The position numbers and the translations under genes were made by a program. Positions 59,540 to 64,000 of a DNA stretch of 64,000 nt are shown piece after piece (the stretch's first letter is position 1; each line of letters opens with the position of its first letter). The DNA lies in the NCBI GenBank assembly GCA_002269645.1, contig NIVC01000013.1:1054001-1118000 (forward strand), read 5' to 3'. The notes under the pieces are model-generated. The model was given only the letters and a program-made list of their open reading frames with translations, had not been told where the DNA came from and ran no database searches. This stretch comes from Macrostomum lignano. Its lineage: Eukaryota.

Positions 59540-60307
59540 TGTCCTAAGCTATACTTAATTGACGCATTAGAACTGAGCAGAGTAATTTTTATAGCGTTTA
59601 AACAGGAAACTTTGAGCAGCGTATTTTCAGGTTTCGTGCCTCTGACGCTTCTGAGAATTGCCTCAGCGCTGGTTGTGGGGGACGATGCAACCGAAGGCGT
59701 TGTGGTCCCGCGCAGGGACTTACAGGGGAGAGTGGAAGACTCAGGCTCTTTATAACAGGCGATGCAAGTCACTCGGGAAGGGAGATAATGCAATTACAAT
59801 GCATGCTATTAGTTACTTCCTTTCACTCAAATTGATCTACCAAGATATAGAAAAGAAGAAGACAGTGAAAACACAGACCAACAACAGCTGTATGTGTCAA
59901 TCAGTCGATTTACTTTGAAATTAGGATAACTTTGACAAATATTTTCTGCAAAGCTGACTTCAAATTTGTCTTTGTTTTGTATGATTATTTATTTAATAAG
60001 CAATGTTGTCAAACAAAACTACAGAAAGTGGGAACGAGTTCTGGAATCAGAATGCCATACAGACAGACAATTTAAGCAGCATATCAAAGAATGCGCAGTG
60101 ACATCAAAGGTCAGTGTCTCAAGAACGAAACTTGCAACAATTTATTTTTATCACTTTTTTAGAACCCCCACTGTGCTACTGATACATATGAGTAGTAGCG
60201 TGCAACAGCAAACACCGTAAAAATGATTCAGAGAGAATTAACAGCGCAACCAGTTTTGCTGCACTGCGAATGTGTCAAGAACTGAATCTGACCCAAGGCG
60301 GGCACAC

Positions 60308-60652
60308 GAACTGAGGATCTGGGAGGCGGGCACACGAACTGAGGATCTGGGAGGCTGGCCCAGCAACTGAGGATCTGGGAGGCTGGCCCAGCAACTGAGG
60401 ATCTGGGAGGCTGGCTCAGCAACTGAGGATCTGGGAGGCTGGCCCACCAACTGAGGATCTGGGAGGCTGGCCCACCAACTGAGGATCTGGGAGGCTGGCC
60501 CAGCAACTGAGGATCTGAGAGGCTGGCCCAGCAGTTGAAGATCTGAGAGGCTGGCCCAGCAACTGAGGATCTGGGAGGCTGGCCCAGCAACTGAGGATCT
60601 GGGAGGCTGGCCCAGCAATTAAGATCTGCGAGGCTGGCCCAGCAACTGAGAG
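60308..60652. repeat. 28-bp minisatellite
   Basis: CAGCAACTGAGGATCTGGGAGGCTGGCC units. Confidence 0.96.
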
Positions 60653-61687
60653 GATTAAGATGAATTCTGATAAAATTTAAAGTATCTTAGACCAAAGCCT
60701 GGCGCAGCAACACTGGTGCATGAGCGTACAGTACAGGTGAGTCGAAGCAGAAATGAATAGTGGCATGGATCAACGGTGTAAAAACAAATTTAAACAGTTT
60801 CCATTACAAACAAATCATAGATAACAAACAAAAAATGATGCTATATTTTCCAATAAGAGATTTACTCTTAATAAAAGTAAATTTTAATTCAGTAAGTTCA
60901 TTTTTGTCCTAGTAACGCGATAATGAAGACAGACACAGCTATACTGTTAACGTGCAGAAATCAAAGATAAAATTACAAATACAAAATCCATAGGCTTTTA
61001 AATAAGAGTCACAGTTCAAATTATCAACTAAACAGCCAAACTCAGTTAAAGTTATAAGCATCCAATACAGATAAATTTTATAAATGTACTTTTATATATG
61101 CACTTTCGTATATGTTCTTTTTCCATATGTACTTTTCAAACAAAGTCAACTTAAATGAGACGCAACTAAGCACAAACAAATTTACATGAAATGATGATTT
61201 TAAGCAAACAATTTCAACCCGAAATAATTAATTAGATGGTACAAAATAAAGAAAACTGATATTCATATGTACACGCAGTCGGATGCGCAAATACCTGTTC
61301 CTAAAACTAATTTTGGATACGCCATACACACTGCATGGATAAACAGGCTTAACTATAAACATAACTTACATTCCCAAGTTGCATAGCTGTACAGAGCCAC
61401 AATTTCAGGCGCTAGTAAAAGTAGACAGAGTGGTACATCTAGCATGCTTTCGATCTTCATATTATAAGGATAGATAAATACAGATAGAGTACACAAAAAA
61501 TGATTTCGATTAAGTTAAAGATTGACACCAAGAAAAATCGATCTTGGCATTAACTGGAAGGGCTGGTCTTGCCAGTCTACTGTCAGAGACAAAATAGAAA
61601 AGCAAGAGAGTTAAGAGAGAACGGTAAGAACGGTCAGAGTGTACTTTTTCAAGCGGAAGAGAGAGTGAAAGAGAAGATAGGAAGGGG

Positions 61688-62306
61688 AGACGAAGGGGGG
61701 AGACGGAGGGGGAGACGGAGGGGGAGACGGGGAGACGGAGGGAGAGACGGAGGGAGAGACACAGGGGGAGACGGAGGGGGAGACGGAGGGAGAGACGGAG
61801 GGAGAGACGGAGGGAGAGACACAGGGGGAGACGGAGGGGGAGACGGAGGGAGAGACGCAGGGGGAGACGGAGGGGGAGACGGAGGGGGAGACGGAGGGGG
61901 AGACGGAGGGGGAGACGGAGGGGGAGACGGAGGGGGAGACGGAGGGGAGACGGAGGGAGAGACGCAGGGGGAGACGGAGGGGGAGACGGAGGGGGAGACG
62001 AAGGGGGAGACGGAGGGAGAGACGCAGGGGGAGACGGAGGGGGAGACGGAGGGGGAGACGGAGGGAGAGACGCAGGGGAGACGGAGGGAGAGACGCAGGG
62101 GGACGGAGGGAGAGACGGAGGGGGAGACGGAGGGGGAGACGGAGGGGGAGACGGAGGGAGAGACGCAGGGGGAGACGGAGGGAGAGACGCAGGGGAGACG
62201 GAGGGAGAGACGCAGGGGGAGACGGAGGGAGAGACGCAGGGGGAGACGGAGGGAGAGACGCAGGGGAGACGCAGGGGGAGACGGAGAGGGAGACGGAGGG
62301 AGAGAC
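61688..62306. repeat. 12-bp G-rich minisatellite
   Basis: GGAGACGGAGGG units. Confidence 0.96.
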
Positions 62307-63336
62307 GCTAAGGATGCACAATGGTCATCGGTAAGAACGAGGACACAATCTATAAGCTTAATTTTGCAAGAAGATCAGTTAAAACAAACATTTTTAAAGT
62401 ATTTTATTAAAGACGACACAATATTAGCGGACAAAGAACTTTGGAGCATGGAATAAAGAAAATAAAACGAAAGAAAGAAAACTAATTGAGGGAAAGACAG
62501 ACTGAGAAGAGGATAGTCAGACAAACATGCTAGAGGTAGTTAATAATAATATTAATAATTTATACATATATGATCACACAAGAACACAAAGAGGCCTAGA
62601 TTATTGAAAAGAAATTCAATAAGTTAACTCAAAAGCTTGAATAATTTAAGAATTTTTTTGATAAAGTATTACTAATAGTATTACTATAGTATTAATATTT
62701 AGGAAACGCACATTAACGCCGCTTAATAAAAGTTATCAGGGACACAGATAATACATAGCTTGACTTTCTTTCGCACTACTTTTAGTACCAAATTAGCAAA
62801 ATTGATAGAAAATTTATTTTTAGGTTGATTCCAATGAACCAATTTAATTGCGTATTTTATAATGCCATACTGAAATTATATTACCTAGGTAGCTTAATGT
62901 TATACAGGCACTTGATGACACCTTCGTCGCACCGCCTTTAATTAGCACCTCTAATTTCTACTTATTACGACAGATACCAGAATAATCAGATATTAGAGTT
63001 AGATAAATTGTGCTAAAGTACTACTTTTTCAGTAGCTAAATTAACGCTTTTTGTCGATTATTGAATCAATGAATTTAACAAGGTTTATTTAAATATTTTG
63101 AAGCTGCAATAGTCGCCTCGAGTTTTCTACAACCAGACCATTAAACTAGCATCTTTAACGATTTCAGACTGCTTCAGGCTCTAAGTATTCATTAAAAAAT
63201 AAATTAATTTAAGACGGAAGATTTCAGGAAAACTTGAAGCCAAATCCAGTGCATAGCGAGCAAGAGAGAAAGGAGATGGCGCTTAAGCCCCCCAGCCAGG
63301 CCGATAAACAATTTGGCTTTCCTCTTGCCTGCTTGT

Positions 63337-63640
63337 GTCTGACTTTAACCTCTCTCCTTGCTACTCTCTCATTGGCTGAGCCAGAATGGGCCGGCCACCT
63401 AGACTGACTTCCGTCCGTCTGACTTTAATCTCTTTCCTTACTGCTCTCTCATTGGCTGAGCTAGATTGGGCCTGCCCCGTAAGCTGAGTTTCGTCCGTCT
63501 GACTTTAATCTCTCTCCTTACTGCTCTCTCATTGGCTGAGCCAGAATGGGCCTGCCCCTTAGGCTGAGTTTCGTCCGTCTGACTTTGCCTCTCTCTTTAC
63601 TGCTCTCTCATTGGCTGAGCCAGATTAGGCCTGCCTCCTT
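63337..63640. repeat. Four 80-bp tandem units, each with a CCAAT box
   Basis: GTCTGACTTT starts at 63337, 63417, 63497 and 63577; each unit contains CTCTCATTGGCTGAG. Confidence 0.9.
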
Positions 63641-64000
63641 CAGACGATTGAGTTCAATTGTGTACATCGAGTTAAATGCTTGCTGTTTGTTCTTAACCCC
63701 ATATGCTGCGGAGGCTCGAGGAAGGAAAGGAAATTTCATCTGCTACATCAAATTAAAGTGACAGTGTGTAGACAAACTACTGAAAAAGAGTGTTAATAGA
63801 CGCTCTACTTTTTTACAACTTCAATTGCAAGTGACAGATCTGGTTATTCTAAAACCTGTGGCTGTCGCATGCATATTATCTGTGTATAGCGATAATTTAG
63901 TGAAGATTTCAGATTCTCACAGTAAGCAAGTTGAAGTAACCAATGGTTACCAAAGAGACAGTAGGGGGGAGGATAAAGGGAATGCTACAAACAATGACTG

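Noticed and set aside
59029-59793. Pro-rich minus ORF and Ala-rich ORFs
   Set aside because: Shadow frames of the Gly-rich exon 3 (correct frame starts at phase 1 at 59040).
61569-62456. Gly/Glu-rich 295-aa ORF
   Set aside because: 12-bp repeat with internal frame slips; no domain or splice support.

Overview
Eukaryotic (animal) genomic DNA with GC-rich exons in AT-rich, minisatellite-laden introns and intergenic DNA. The style suggests a free-living flatworm such as Macrostomum, but this is inference only. Bases 1-14450 are a 21-bp satellite with dimeric and kb-scale higher-order structure. Genes: (1) a single-exon GT31 beta-1,3-galactosyltransferase (-); (2) a tentative multi-exon orphan gene with two 36-nt introns and a 19-nt micro-exon (-); (3) a small protein with a degenerate KH-like fold (-); (4) a poly-Q protein with a putative H15/winged-helix domain (-); (5) a 118-aa single-pass PPxY protein (+); (6) a 13-exon integrin alpha (-, 35561-54348, 1328 aa by my exon model, all splice phases consistent) with a PFFQR motif in place of GFFKR, a ~106-aa tail and one stop-free in-frame minisatellite intron; (7) a 3-exon secreted PAN/apple + ALK/LTK-type glycine-rich protein with no TM or kinase (+, 417 aa). 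Also present are a tRNA-derived SINE, a LINE 3' fragment, several MITE-like hairpins and more than 25 tandem repeats. Most long ORFs in the supplied track are repeat artefacts. No CRISPR, rRNA or intact tRNA was found.
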